Assembly: GCA_918797485.1 (NCBI GenBank)
Contig: CAKKNE010000006.1
Location: 1,302,001-1,366,000, forward strand
Reading direction: 5' to 3'
Length of the DNA: 64,000 bases
Origin: Pelagomonas calceolata
Taxonomy: Eukaryota
Positions within the stretch are counted from its first letter, which is position 1. Every line of letters begins with the position of its first letter. The notes beneath the pieces were generated by a model that saw nothing but the letters and a program-made list of their open reading frames with translations, had not been told where the DNA came from and did no database searches. Made by a program: the position numbers and the translations under genes. Positions 53,214 to 63,900 of the stretch are shown piece by piece.

Positions 53214-53305
53214 TGGAGTATTCGTGACTAAACCTGAGTATCCGAATAAGACGACTCCGAGGGAGGAGAGGAGAGGAGAGAGATCAATCACACTACCACC
53301 AATAG

Positions 53306-54817
53306 TTAATTCCCCGGCGGCGCCGGCAGCGCGTCGTAGAACAGCAAGTACGGCAGCATGGGCCCGGCGCGGCACCGCGCCACGACGTTCGCGAACGGCC
53401 CGACGGCGACGGCCGAGCGCCGGTCGTGGTACGTCCACGAGTCCGACCCGTCCGACGCGCGCACGAAAGCCGTGTAGTGCGCGTTCTGGAACACGGCCAC
53501 CGCGAAGAGGTCTAATCTGCGCAGGCCTGCCTTGCTCCCGCGCTGTCGCCCGTTCGGGTTCTTAGAAAAGACTTTCTCCACAGGCATCGGCGCGTCGCGC
53601 CAGACGAGCTCGAGCAGCGCCGCGACGTCGTTGCCATCCTGATCCGTCGAGTACCACGCAAGACTCAGAACGAGGGCCTTTGCGGCGTGGTCCAGGATCA
53701 CGTCGACTTCGCACGCGGCCGGCGCGTGACACGCGTCGCACGACTTGGCCGCGTGAGCGTGCGCGTCGCGGAAAGTGTCCGCGACCCTACCGGTGCCGCT
53801 TCGCGCGGCGTCCACGAGGGCGGTCGCCGGCGCCGACCGCGCCAGCTCGTCGAAGGCCACGTCGTCGCGGAAGTCCTCATTCCGCTTCCCGCACTTGACG
53901 CAGGCCCGCTGGTGGATGTGACCCTTGGTTCTCAAGGCACTCGCGGCCTTCTGACACCGCTCCGACGTACTGAGGACGGACATGACTTCTCCCAGGACCT
54001 CGGCCACGTCGAGGTGCGCGCCGCCCGTCGCCAGCTCGCTCCGGACGCCCTCGCCGTCCTCGTCCTGGTCGCCGCGAGCGGCCAGCGCCGCGCGGAGGCC
54101 GTCGACTGCCGCGTCGACGCCCGCGTCCGAGCCCTCGGCGCTCGCCCGGAACGCCGCGCCGAGGTACCGCAGCGCGTCCGACTCCGCGGCCTCCGCGCCG
54201 TTGCCGAGCGCGCGGCGGAACGTCGGGCACTGCGACAGCACGGCCACAATCGCGTCGAGCGAGCAGTTCGACCGCCGTTCCACGTCCACGAGACCCTCGG
54301 GCACGACGAAGTCGTCGTCCGAGTCGGCGCCGCCACCGAGGCGCGCCATCGCGTCGCCTGCGCTCCATGCCGGCGGCGGCGCGGTCTCTATTGTGACCGC
54401 CGGCCACGCCGTCGTCGGCGAGAATGCGTCCGGAGGCGCCCACGCGGACGTCGGCGCCGGCGCGGGCCACGGCTGCGCCGGAGGCGGCGGCGGCGGCCCG
54501 GTCGCGCCCCAGGCCGGCGTGGGCGGCGCCGACGGCGGCTCGATCGCGCCCCACGCAGGTGCGGGCGAAGTCGGCGAGGGTGGTACAATAGCGCCCCACA
54601 TCGGCGCCGGTGTAGGCGGCCCGGCGGGCGCCGCGCCCCACGCTGGTGCGGGCGGCGCCGTCCGCTCCGGCGGGGTGATCGGCGGCTTGGGTTCCAACGC
54701 CGGGGTGATCGGCGACATGGGTTCCACAATGGGATCGTCGGCATTCAATGGGGGAGGCAATGGGGGAGGCCGAGTCTCGACAGATAATTGCGCGACGGCG
54801 TCCCACGTGTGTTCCAA
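53306..54817 (-). CDS. USP53/54-like domain protein, paralogue 2 (Pro-rich linker plus USP domain only; 5'-truncated duplicate or alternative last exon)
   Basis: Intact USP-like domain. The ORF is bounded by an upstream in-frame TGA, with the first ATG at 54718. It begins only ~140 bp after the stop of paralogue 3. Confidence 0.65.
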   Translation of the reverse strand: MEHTWDAVAQLSVETRPPPLPPPLNADDPIVEPMSPITPALEPKPPITPPERTAPPAPAWGAAPAGPPTPAPMWGAIVPPSPTSPAPAWGAIEPPSAPPTPAWGATGPPPPPPAQPWPAPAPTSAWAPPDAFSPTTAWPAVTIETAPPPAWSAGDAMARLGGGADSDDDFVVPEGLVDVERRSNCSLDAIVAVLSQCPTFRRALGNGAEAAESDALRYLGAAFRASAEGSDAGVDAAVDGLRAALAARGDQDEDGEGVRSELATGGAHLDVAEVLGEVMSVLSTSERCQKAASALRTKGHIHQRACVKCGKRNEDFRDDVAFDELARSAPATALVDAARSGTGRVADTFRDAHAHAAKSCDACHAPAACEVDVILDHAAKALVLSLAWYSTDQDGNDVAALLELVWRDAPMPVEKVFSKNPNGRQRGSKAGLRRLDLFAVAVFQNAHYTAFVRASDGSDSWTYHDRRSAVAVGPFANVVARCRAGPMLPYLLFYDALPAPPGN

Positions 54818-54956
54818 GTCTCAGCGATGCTGGCGCGAGTAGAAAGCGTCACCTGCGCCCACTCGCGCACGCCTTGGCGGTCCAAGCTCGCGAGCTCGTC
54901 TCAGTCGACCGCAAAGGCAACAAAACGGGTTTACAAGCCAAACACATATATTTAAC

Positions 54957-57900
54957 CTAAGCCCCCGGCACCGCCGTGAGCGAGTCGTAGAACAAGAGGT
55001 ACGGCAGCATGGGCCCGTCGCGGCACTGCTGGACGACGTTCGCGAACGATCCGACGGCGACGGCCGAGCGCCGGTCGTGGTACGTCCACGAGTCCGAGCC
55101 GTCCCTCGCCCGCACGAACGCCGTGTAGTGCGCGTTCTGGAACACGGCAACCGCGAAGAGGTCCACCTCGAACTTGACCTTGCCGATCGACGAGAACACG
55201 CGTTTCGCCGGGAGCCGCGCGTCGCGCCACACGAGCTCGAGCAGCGCCGCGACGTCGTCGCCCTCCTGGTCCGTCGAGTACCACGCGAGGCTCAGCACGA
55301 GCGCCTTCGCGGCATGATCGAGGACCACGTCGACTTCGCACGCGCCCTGCGCCCGGCACGCGTCGCACGACTTGGCCGCGTGCGCGTGCGCGTCGCGGAA
55401 CACGTCCGCGACGCTGCCGCCGTCGGACCGTGCGGCGTGGACCAGAGCGGCGGCCGGCGCGGACCGCGCCAGCTCGTCGAAGGCCACGTCGTCGCGGAAG
55501 TCGGCGTTGCGGTGGCCGCACTTCCTGCAGGCCTGCTGGTGGATGTGGCCCCGGGTGCGCAGGGCCAGGGCGGCAGAGCGGCACTTCTTCGCCGTACCGA
55601 GAACGGCGACGACTTCCCCCAATACCTCGGCCACGTCGAGGTGCGCGCCGCCCGTCGCCAGCTCGCTCCGGACGCCCTCGCCGGCCTCGTCGTTGCTCCG
55701 CTTGGCTAACGCCGCACGCAAACCGTCGACCGCCGCGTCCACGCCCGCGTCCGAGCCCTCGGCGCTCGCCTGGAACGCGTCGCCGAGGTACCGCAGCGCG
55801 TCCGACTGGGCCGCGGCGGCCTCCGCGCCGTCGCCGAGCTCGCGGCGGAAGGTCGGCGACTGGGAGAGCACGGCGATGATCGCGTCGAGCGAGCAGTTCG
55901 ACCGCCGCTCGACGTCCACCAAACCCTCGGGCACCACAAAGTCCGAGTCGGAGCGGGCGCGCGGGCGCGCGGCGACGCCCTCCCACGCCGGTGGGTCCTC
56001 GACGGTCGCGGGCCAGAGCGCGTCCGCCGGCGGCGCCGGCGCGCTCGGCGCGGACCAAGCCGAGGGGGGCGGCGGCGCCCACGGCGCCTCGGGCGCCGTC
56101 GGCGCGGCCCAGGCGGGCGGACCGGGCAGCCCGGGCAGCGCCGGCGGCGCCCGCGCGGGCGGCGGCGCGACCGGCGAGATCGGCAGCGGCGGCGGCGGCG
56201 GCGGCTGGGCGCCCCACGCCGGGAGCGGTTCGGGGGGCGGCGGCGCGGTCCGCGGCGGCGGCGGCGGCGCGGGCGGCGGCGCGGGTGCGGGCGGCGCGGG
56301 CGCGTACTGCTCGATCCGCGCCTGCGTCGCGGCGTAATCCTCCTCTTCAGGATGTAGATACTGGCAGTCGCCCGTCCGCAGGTAGGGGCAGCGCGGCCCG
56401 TACTTGCAGATCCGCGTCTTGTAGCGGTCGCGGTATTTCTCGTCCTCCTTCACGTCGATGAACGTGCCGTGCAGTTCGTGGTGGTGCGTCGCCGCGCACG
56501 CCCTTGCAGCACTTTCCTCCACGAACGTCACGAATCCAAACCCCCTCGACCGTTGCGTCGGGCGGTCGAACATGACTACAGCCTCGCTCACGGCGCCGAA
56601 ACGCTCGAAGTACGCGCGGAGGTCCGCGCCTCGTACCGAAGCCTTCGGCAGAGCCCCCACGAAGAATCTGCGCGCCACGCGCCGGCCGCCGCCGTGCTCG
56701 GCGCCCGACGCCTTTGGCGGAGGGACCGCGGGCGCGGCGCCACCGTACGCGGCAGCCGGCGCCTGTGGCGGAGGGACCGCGGCAGCGGCCGCGCGGTCCT
56801 CGGCCTCGAGCCGCCGCGCGAGGGCCAGCGACGCGGCCTCGGCCTCGCGGTCGGCGGCCGCCCGGCGCGCCGCCTGGGCCGCGGCCCAATCCAGCTCCGC
56901 CGCCTCGAGCGCCGCGGTCGTCGGGTCCGCCGCCTCGTCCTCGGCCGGCGCGGGGGCCTGGGGCTCGTCGGCGGCCGCGCGCCGCTCGCGCCGCGACCGG
57001 ACGTCGGTCCAGTCGCCGTCGTCCGGAGGTGTGGCGGCGTCCAGCGGCGCGTCGTCGGCAAGCTCGTCGGCAGGCTCGTCTGCGGGCTCGTCGGCGGCCA
57101 CCGGTGCGGGCGCAGGCGATGCTGCAGCGGCGGCCGCCTGCTCGGCTTCCTCGCGCGCGGCCTCTTCACGCGCAGCCTCCTCGCGCGCAGCAGCTTCCTG
57201 CTCCGCCTGCTCGCGGCGGCGCGCGTCAGCCTTTTTCCGCTTGGCCCGCCGCTTCTCCTCCTTCTCCTTGTCCCGCGCCTTCCGGTCCCTCTCCGCCTGC
57301 TTCTTCTTCGAGAGCGTGCCGCTGGCGCCGGGGTCATCGAGGGCGAAGCTGTCGCTCACCGCCGCCGCGTCCGCGCGCGATACAACTACGCGCTGTTTTT
57401 CCTTCTTGGGTCGCGGCGCGGCGGCGGCGCCATCGTCGGGCGCGTGCCGGAGGACGGCGGCCTCGAGCCGCGTGAGACCATCCGGCAGGGTCTCCATGTG
57501 CTTCGTCGCGAAGTCGTCGAGCCGGTACTTGCGCACGAGCTTCTTCAGCGTCGCCGGCGACTCGGTCCCGAGGCGCGCCGCGACGGCGGCCGCGAGCGCG
57601 TTGCCCGCCGCGCCCGCGGCCTCGTAGCACACACGCGCGTCCGGGTCGGACTGGGCCGTCCATAAGACCGCGAGGTCCGTCAGCGACCGCTTTGCCCGGT
57701 CGGCGCCGGCGCCGTAGTCGGCGTAGTGGTCGTCGTGACCCGCCGACAGGACGGCCTCGACGACCTTGCGGCGGAAGGCCGCGGCTGTCGTATCAAAGTC
57801 GGCATGTTTGTGTTTGTAGCCCCGGAACGGGAAGCCCCCCGCGCCCTTGGTCTCGGTGACCCAGTACGCGAAGACGAGTGCCGTCGTCACGGCGTGCGGG

Positions 57901-59600
57901 TGCGGCGACTTGCAGGCGTTCTCCAGGACGAAATTCACAAGGTTGTGACTCAGGTTCGCGCGGGGGCCGCACAAGAAGAGCGAAAGGCGCTTCGTCGCGA
58001 GCAGGCGCAGCGCGTCCATCTGAGCTCCCGGGCCGCGCCCTCCGCAGTGCTCGTCGAGGAAGCGCCGGCACGCGGGCGAGTGGTCGAGGCGCTGCCCCGG
58101 CCGCAGGTTCAGGAGCGTGTTAAGCGTCTGGAGCTGTGGATCCTCCACGCCCCACGCGACGCGCGACGGCCGCGGAAACGTCCCCAGCGCGATCAGGACC
58201 CCGAGCCACTTCAGCTCGACCGTCGCGACCTCGACGCCCAACTTGCCCAGGACCTCGAGTTTCTTCCACGGCTTCGACGGGTGATCCTCGCCCGCCTCCA
58301 AGGCCGCGACGGACGCGGCCACGAGCGCCGGGAGCTCGGGCTCGAGCCAGAACTTCTGGTCCGGCGTCCTCGAGCCGGGCGTCGGCAGCAGCGACACGAT
58401 GACGTCGACCGCCACGCGCGTCACTTGCTGCGGCACTTGTAAGCCTTCCGGCGCGGCAATCGTCTCCAGTCCGGTATGAATGCGCTCCGGCGCACCTCCA
58501 TTAACGGAGACCTGGACCATCGATGTCGGAGCGGACACCCATTTAAAGAGTGGGGCGGCGGTCTCCCTGCTGAAGGCGTCGCGCGCGCCCGCGCTGGACG
58601 ACCTCCCCGATGACTGGATATATACATCCAGCAGATCCTGGAACGGGATAGGAAATGCCCCTTGCGGCAGGAGCAGGTCGGGCAGCGTCGCCTCCATGGC
58701 ATGGTCGCGGAGCGTCAGCGTCACGTGCGCGGCGCAGCTGTCGACCCGGGAGATGGCGTGCAGCACGACTAGAGGCGCCGCCGCGTCCGTCGCGTCGGCC
58801 AGCGTGGCGTCCGTGCGGACGAGCTTCGAGCTCGTCACTTTGGCCTTTCCCGAGCGGAATGTCGTAACCAGCTGGGTTCGCAGCGCGCGACCGGCGGGCG
58901 TCGCGTCAGCATTTTTCTCGTGGGCGGCGCTCACGACTATTGTCTGCCGGAGCTCGCGCAGCAACGTGTCCCGCTCGTCGCCGGCGTCCACCTCACCGAG
59001 GAACGACGTCATCAGGAACTCCGCCACGGGCGTCGCGAGGGCGCGCGCGTCGAGCGGGAAGAGCCGGCAGTCGGTCTCGGGTTCGACGATGACGAGGCAG
59101 CACCGAGGCGCAGCGAGGGCCTCGGCGACGCGCGGCTGCGTCACGCGGACGGTGACCTCGCGCGGCGGGCGCTCCGGGATCTCCGCGAGCAGCGCCGCCT
59201 CGGCGTCGAGCACTGGAGTCGCTGCGCCGCCATCCACCGTCAACGTAATTTCGACGGGCTCCGCTTCGCGCGTCAGTAGCGCACTCCGAAACTCGCCCAT
59301 GACCGCGGCCTCTTCGGCGTCGTCGTGCTTGCGAAAGAAGTCGCAGGCCGTCTGGGCGACGCGCATCAGCGAGACCTCGAACAGCATCATCAGGTTCATA
59401 GTCAGCGGGGCCGTTCCCGGAATCGGAGCCAATTCAAATTTGATATGCGCCTTGGCCTCGGCCAGGGCGTTGTATCGGCTCACCAAGTTGCTGAACTCGA
59501 GCGAGCTGCTCAAATACTCCCTGGGCCTCAAGACCGACAGCGCATCGGCCTTTCTCTCCAGCTCTGCGATACGGGCCTTCAGCTTCGCCATCGCACCCAT
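54957..59600 (-). CDS. USP53/54-like domain protein, paralogue 3, with RRM, CCCH zinc finger and MIU-like motif
   Basis: RRM (RRFFVGALP...FERFGAVSEAVVMFDRPTQRSRGFGFVTF) at ~56450-56675. CCCH (RYKTRICKYGPRCPYLRTGDCQYLH) at ~56350-56425. USP-like C-terminus. The N-terminal half is homologous to paralogue 1. Confidence 0.8.
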   Translation of the reverse strand: MGAMAKLKARIAELERKADALSVLRPREYLSSSLEFSNLVSRYNALAEAKAHIKFELAPIPGTAPLTMNLMMLFEVSLMRVAQTACDFFRKHDDAEEAAVMGEFRSALLTREAEPVEITLTVDGGAATPVLDAEAALLAEIPERPPREVTVRVTQPRVAEALAAPRCCLVIVEPETDCRLFPLDARALATPVAEFLMTSFLGEVDAGDERDTLLRELRQTIVVSAAHEKNADATPAGRALRTQLVTTFRSGKAKVTSSKLVRTDATLADATDAAAPLVVLHAISRVDSCAAHVTLTLRDHAMEATLPDLLLPQGAFPIPFQDLLDVYIQSSGRSSSAGARDAFSRETAAPLFKWVSAPTSMVQVSVNGGAPERIHTGLETIAAPEGLQVPQQVTRVAVDVIVSLLPTPGSRTPDQKFWLEPELPALVAASVAALEAGEDHPSKPWKKLEVLGKLGVEVATVELKWLGVLIALGTFPRPSRVAWGVEDPQLQTLNTLLNLRPGQRLDHSPACRRFLDEHCGGRGPGAQMDALRLLATKRLSLFLCGPRANLSHNLVNFVLENACKSPHPHAVTTALVFAYWVTETKGAGGFPFRGYKHKHADFDTTAAAFRRKVVEAVLSAGHDDHYADYGAGADRAKRSLTDLAVLWTAQSDPDARVCYEAAGAAGNALAAAVAARLGTESPATLKKLVRKYRLDDFATKHMETLPDGLTRLEAAVLRHAPDDGAAAAPRPKKEKQRVVVSRADAAAVSDSFALDDPGASGTLSKKKQAERDRKARDKEKEEKRRAKRKKADARRREQAEQEAAAREEAAREEAAREEAEQAAAAAASPAPAPVAADEPADEPADELADDAPLDAATPPDDGDWTDVRSRRERRAAADEPQAPAPAEDEAADPTTAALEAAELDWAAAQAARRAAADREAEAASLALARRLEAEDRAAAAAVPPPQAPAAAYGGAAPAVPPPKASGAEHGGGRRVARRFFVGALPKASVRGADLRAYFERFGAVSEAVVMFDRPTQRSRGFGFVTFVEESAARACAATHHHELHGTFIDVKEDEKYRDRYKTRICKYGPRCPYLRTGDCQYLHPEEEDYAATQARIEQYAPAPPAPAPPPAPPPPPRTAPPPPEPLPAWGAQPPPPPPLPISPVAPPPARAPPALPGLPGPPAWAAPTAPEAPWAPPPPSAWSAPSAPAPPADALWPATVEDPPAWEGVAARPRARSDSDFVVPEGLVDVERRSNCSLDAIIAVLSQSPTFRRELGDGAEAAAAQSDALRYLGDAFQASAEGSDAGVDAAVDGLRAALAKRSNDEAGEGVRSELATGGAHLDVAEVLGEVVAVLGTAKKCRSAALALRTRGHIHQQACRKCGHRNADFRDDVAFDELARSAPAAALVHAARSDGGSVADVFRDAHAHAAKSCDACRAQGACEVDVVLDHAAKALVLSLAWYSTDQEGDDVAALLELVWRDARLPAKRVFSSIGKVKFEVDLFAVAVFQNAHYTAFVRARDGSDSWTYHDRRSAVAVGSFANVVQQCRDGPMLPYLLFYDSLTAVPGA

Positions 59601-59799
59601 ATTGGACCCGCGGCGCGCCGCGCAGGGGTGGTGCGCAAGGAGGCCCCTCACAGCTCAGGGTGAACGAGTAGCTGGCGCAGGCTCACGCTGCTAGAGCCAG
59701 TAACAGCGACCACCAGAACTGTGAAGCGATGCCAAAACCAACCGGCGGTGCACGAGCAGGCCGCTGCTCGCGCTCATGTGTTCACGATTAGCAAATGGG

Positions 59800-59894
59800 G
59801 CTAGCGGCCTGTAAGACACTAGCAATCATTACCCGGGGCGCGGCTTCCAGGGCTCCCGCGCTTAGGTGGGCTAGCGGCCTGTAAGACACTAGCA
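59800..59894 (+). repeat. Two copies of the intergenic motif, 70-bp period (59800-59824, 59870-59894)
   Basis: GGGCTAGCGGCCTGTAAGACACTAGCA..CATTACC occurs twice. Confidence 0.9.
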
Positions 59895-60433
59895 TGCATT
59901 ACCTAGAGCCTCCGGCGCCGCCGTGAGCGAGTCGTAGAACAGCAAGTACGGCAGCATGGGTCCGTCGCGGCACCGCTGCAAGACGTTCGCGAACGATCCG
60001 ACGGCGACGGCCGAGCGCCGGTCGTGGTACGTCCACGAGTCCGAGCCGTCCCTCGCCCGCACGAACGCCGTGTAGTGCGCGTTCTGGAACACCGCCACCG
60101 CGAAGAGGTCCACCTCGAACTTGACCTTGCCGATCGACGAGAACACGCGTTTCGCCGGGAGCCGCGCGTCGCGCCACACGAGCTCGAGCAGCGCCGCGAC
60201 GTCGTCGCCCTCCTGGTCCGTCGAGTACCACGCGAGGCTCAGCACGAGCGCCTTCGCGGCATGATCGAGGACCACGTCGACTTCGCACGCCCCCGGCGCG
60301 TGACACTTGTCGCACGACTTGGCCGCGTGCGCGTGCGCCTCGCGGAACACGTCCGCGACGCTGCCGCCGTCGGACCGCGCGGCGTGGACCAGAGCGGCGG
60401 CCGGCGCCGACCGCGCCAGCTCGTCGAAGGCCA
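59889..60433 (-). pseudogene. 3' fragment of a USP-like gene, near-identical to the end of paralogue 3
   Basis: Homology to ~54960-55486 begins abruptly at AFDELARSAP (60433). It lacks the Cys box and has no ATG-initiated full ORF. Confidence 0.8.
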
Positions 60434-60965
60434 GTCGGAGCGGCCCTCTTTCTTTTCCTTGGTAAGCTGCTGTAGGAACACATTACAAATGTACATCAGC
60501 GATTCACACAGCAGTCCTTGGTTCAGGGTATAAGCCAGAGTGCCGACCGTCGAAATCTTCAGGTGTAATTGGCACAGCGGTTGCTCCGCCGCCGAGAGCC
60601 GAGCCGTCAAGTTCTCGAGGCGGGTCTTGACCCCGTTCACGATAGCACGCATGCTTCCGGTGTGACGCCGCTCGCGGGTACCGAACGTCGACGCCGCTCG
60701 GCTTTAGTTGCAGCACCGATTATCGCTCTCCTTAAAACTGAGATTGACTCCCTGAGTCCTACCCGTTGAATCGCTCGTTCTCGGGTTGAATAGCGGTTGT
60801 TGCGGTGCTGATCCAGGCGACGGTTATTTATAATCTGGTGCCGAGTTGCAAATGCAAAACGCATGAAAAACCCGTGGCCTAGCCACGCTGTAGTAGGGGT
60901 CCCCACCCACCCCGACCGGTAAGAAGAACGCAAACTACAGCGCGCCCGAGGATATACACTAGCTA

Positions 60966-63900
60966 TCAGATCCGGAGCGAGTCGAAGATGGCCGTCGGGT
61001 CGGCGGCGACGAGCTCATCGTAGACGAGGAGGTACGGCAGCATCGGCGACGTCGCCGTCGCGCAGCGCCGGACCACGTCCGTCCAGGCGCCGACGTGGAT
61101 GCGCGCCTGGCGGTCGTGGTGCGTCCACGCGTCGGCGCCGTCGGGCGACCGCACGAACGCCGTGTAGTGCGCGTTCTGGAAGACAACGACGGCCAGCAGG
61201 TCGAGGGGCCGCGCGTTGTTCCCCGCGGCGGCGAAGACGCGGTCCGGCCAGATGGCGCCCGCGCGGCCGCAGTCGCGCGCGCCGGAGCGCCCGACGAAGG
61301 CTAGTAACGCCAGCACGTCGTCCGACGAGACGTTCGACGACGGCCAGCCCACGCTGAGCACCAAAGCGCGCGCGGACTGCTCTAGGAGTACGTCCACATC
61401 ACACGCTTGCGGCGCGCGGCACTTGTCGCACGTCTTCGGCGCGTGCGCGTGCGCCTCCAGATACACGCGCTCCAGACTCCCGTTGGTCTCGGCCGCATGG
61501 ACGAGAGCGGCGGCCGGCGCCGACCGCGCGAGCTCGTTCAGCTCCACGTCATCAACGAAGTCGTCGTTGAAGTGCCCGCACCGGCGACACGCCTGTTGCG
61601 ACACGCGGCCCCGCGTCCGCAGCGCTTGTTGAGCCGACGGCCGCGCGACGTTCACCACCTCGCCGAGGACCTCGGCGACATCTAAATGCGCGCCCCGCGT
61701 CTTGAGCTCGGCGCGGATGACGGTGTCGTCACCACTGGAAGCCAAGGCCTCCCGCAGCGCGTCGACAGCAGCGTCGGAGTTCGCGCCCCGCTCCGCCGCT
61801 TGGAGCGAGGCGTCGAGCGCGCGCAACGCCCGCGAGTCGCCTTGTGAGGGCCGCCCGGCGGCTCTTACGAACGTCGGGCAGCGACATAACACCGCGACAA
61901 TCGCGTCCAACGCGCAGTTCGACCGCCGCTGGACGTCGACCAACCCTTCCGGTATGGCGTCCGACGGCCGCGGCACATCAACTAGATTGGGCGGGATGTA
62001 GTCGTCGCCGTGCAGGCCCGGCGGCGGCGCGCCCAGCGGCGACGACATCGGAGACGCCCGCGGCTGGAGGGGCGGCGAGATCGGCGACCGCGGCAGGCCC
62101 GGCGGCGCCAGGTCCCGCGGTGGAGAGCGGGGCGTCTGGACCAATCGACCCGGCTCCCAGGCCGACGCGAACGCGTTGCCGCCGCCGATGGCGCGGTCGA
62201 AGCCCGGCGCCTTCGATTGTTGCGGCGGCGGCGGCGGCGGGCCGTTCGAGCCCCAGGCCGGCGGCGGCTCCGGCGCGCCCCAGGCGGGCGGCGCAATCCG
62301 CGGGTCCGGCTCGGGCCGGCGCGGCGGCGGCGGCGGCCCGACGGCGCCCCAGGCGGCGCCCGGCGCGCGCGCGGGCGCCGGCGGCGCACCGGGAGCGCCG
62401 ACGGGCGCCGGCCGACCCGCGCCCGGCGGGCCGACAGGCGCGGGCGGGCCGGGCGCCGCGCGCGCCGGCGGCGGCGCCATTGCTGGCGGCGCGCGCGCCG
62501 GCGGCGGTTCCGGCGGCGGCGCGCGGTCCGCGCCAGGAGCGCGGCCGACGGCGCCCCAGGCCGGCCCCGGCGCCTTCTGGATGATGGGCGGCTCCGGCGC
62601 CGGCGCGGGCGCCGCCCACGCCTTCGGTTGCTGTGCAGGTTTCGGTGGCGGCGGCGGCGCCACAACGGGCTTCTCCGGCGGCTCCGGCGCGCGCTCGAAG
62701 AGCGTGCCCTTGTCCACGGCCGCAGAAACAAAACCGGACGCGTTCGCGATGCCCGCGAAGTCGATCACCTCGAGACAGGCGGCCGCGTGCCGCTGCTTGT
62801 TTGAGGGTAAAGCGCGTAGCTTGCGCACGCATCGTTCATCTAACTCAACAGCTAAGGCTCGGATGGCGACGGTGAGTTCGGGCTCGAGACACCTCCCGTG
62901 TCTATCCTCCCGCAGCAAAGCTCGCACGACGTCCCGTTGTCTGAAACACCGCGCCACGAAGCCCTCCACATTGGCCACGTTGTCGACGTAGCCCGGCTCG
63001 TCGAGGCGGTGGCCGATCTTCGTTTGATCGTGTTTCGCGAGTTGCGAGAGCGCGTGGACGGTCTGCGAAGTCAGCGCGTAGCGATCGGCGACCCTACAAA
63101 GCGCCGGCTCGAGCGTCTTCAGCTCCTTCGCCAGCGCCGCGAAGTTGTCGCGCTTTTTGGTGGCGCTGAGTACGAGCGCACTCCAATTCTGGAACCCGTC
63201 CGCGGATCGGCCCTTCTCGAGGCGCCGTACGAGCCGGACCTGCTCCAGCGGCGGTAGCGCTCTGAGAGCAGCACAGGCCGACGCGTCCACACCATGTGAA
63301 GAGACAAACGCGTCCGTCCGCCGCCGCGCGACGTGCACTGACGGGACTGGATCAAACGCCGACGACGACGCCGAGGCCTCCTCCTGCCGCGCCGAACGCT
63401 GCTTCGGCTGCGAACTCACGGACTGGAACTCGGGCTCGGCGCGCTGGCCGAGAGCCGCGGCATCTTCGGCCATGAGGCGCCGCGCCAGCGCCAGCGACGC
63501 CTCCTCGGACTGGGCCTGGGCCACTCGACGTCGTTCGGCCTCCTCCCGTTCTCTCTGGAGCAACAATTCCCGCTCCGCTTGCGCTTGGGCCTGCAGCCGC
63601 CGCTGTTCCGCCAAAAACGCCTCTCTCCGTTCCGCCTCGTGGTCGATGCGCGGCGCGCCGATGGCGCCGATGGGCCGCCGCGCCGACGTGGGGTCGTAGA
63701 CCGGATCGCTCCCGAGGGGCGGCTCGGTCTTGGCGCCCGCAGCGACTAAGGACCACGGAGAATTCAAAGGCTTCGGCGTCACGCTCTTGGGTATGGCCTC
63801 GATGTAGAAGAAGGACTTGTCGCCCTTGGGGATGTGCCTTCGCAAGCCGTATTTTTCCAGTAAATCATCATTCAACCAGGAGACGCCTTTCTTCCGCGGC

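Noticed and set aside
59798..59903. CRISPR-like direct repeats (~35 bp repeat, ~35 bp spacer)
   Set aside because: Only two units, no cas genes, eukaryotic context, and the same motif is dispersed singly elsewhere.
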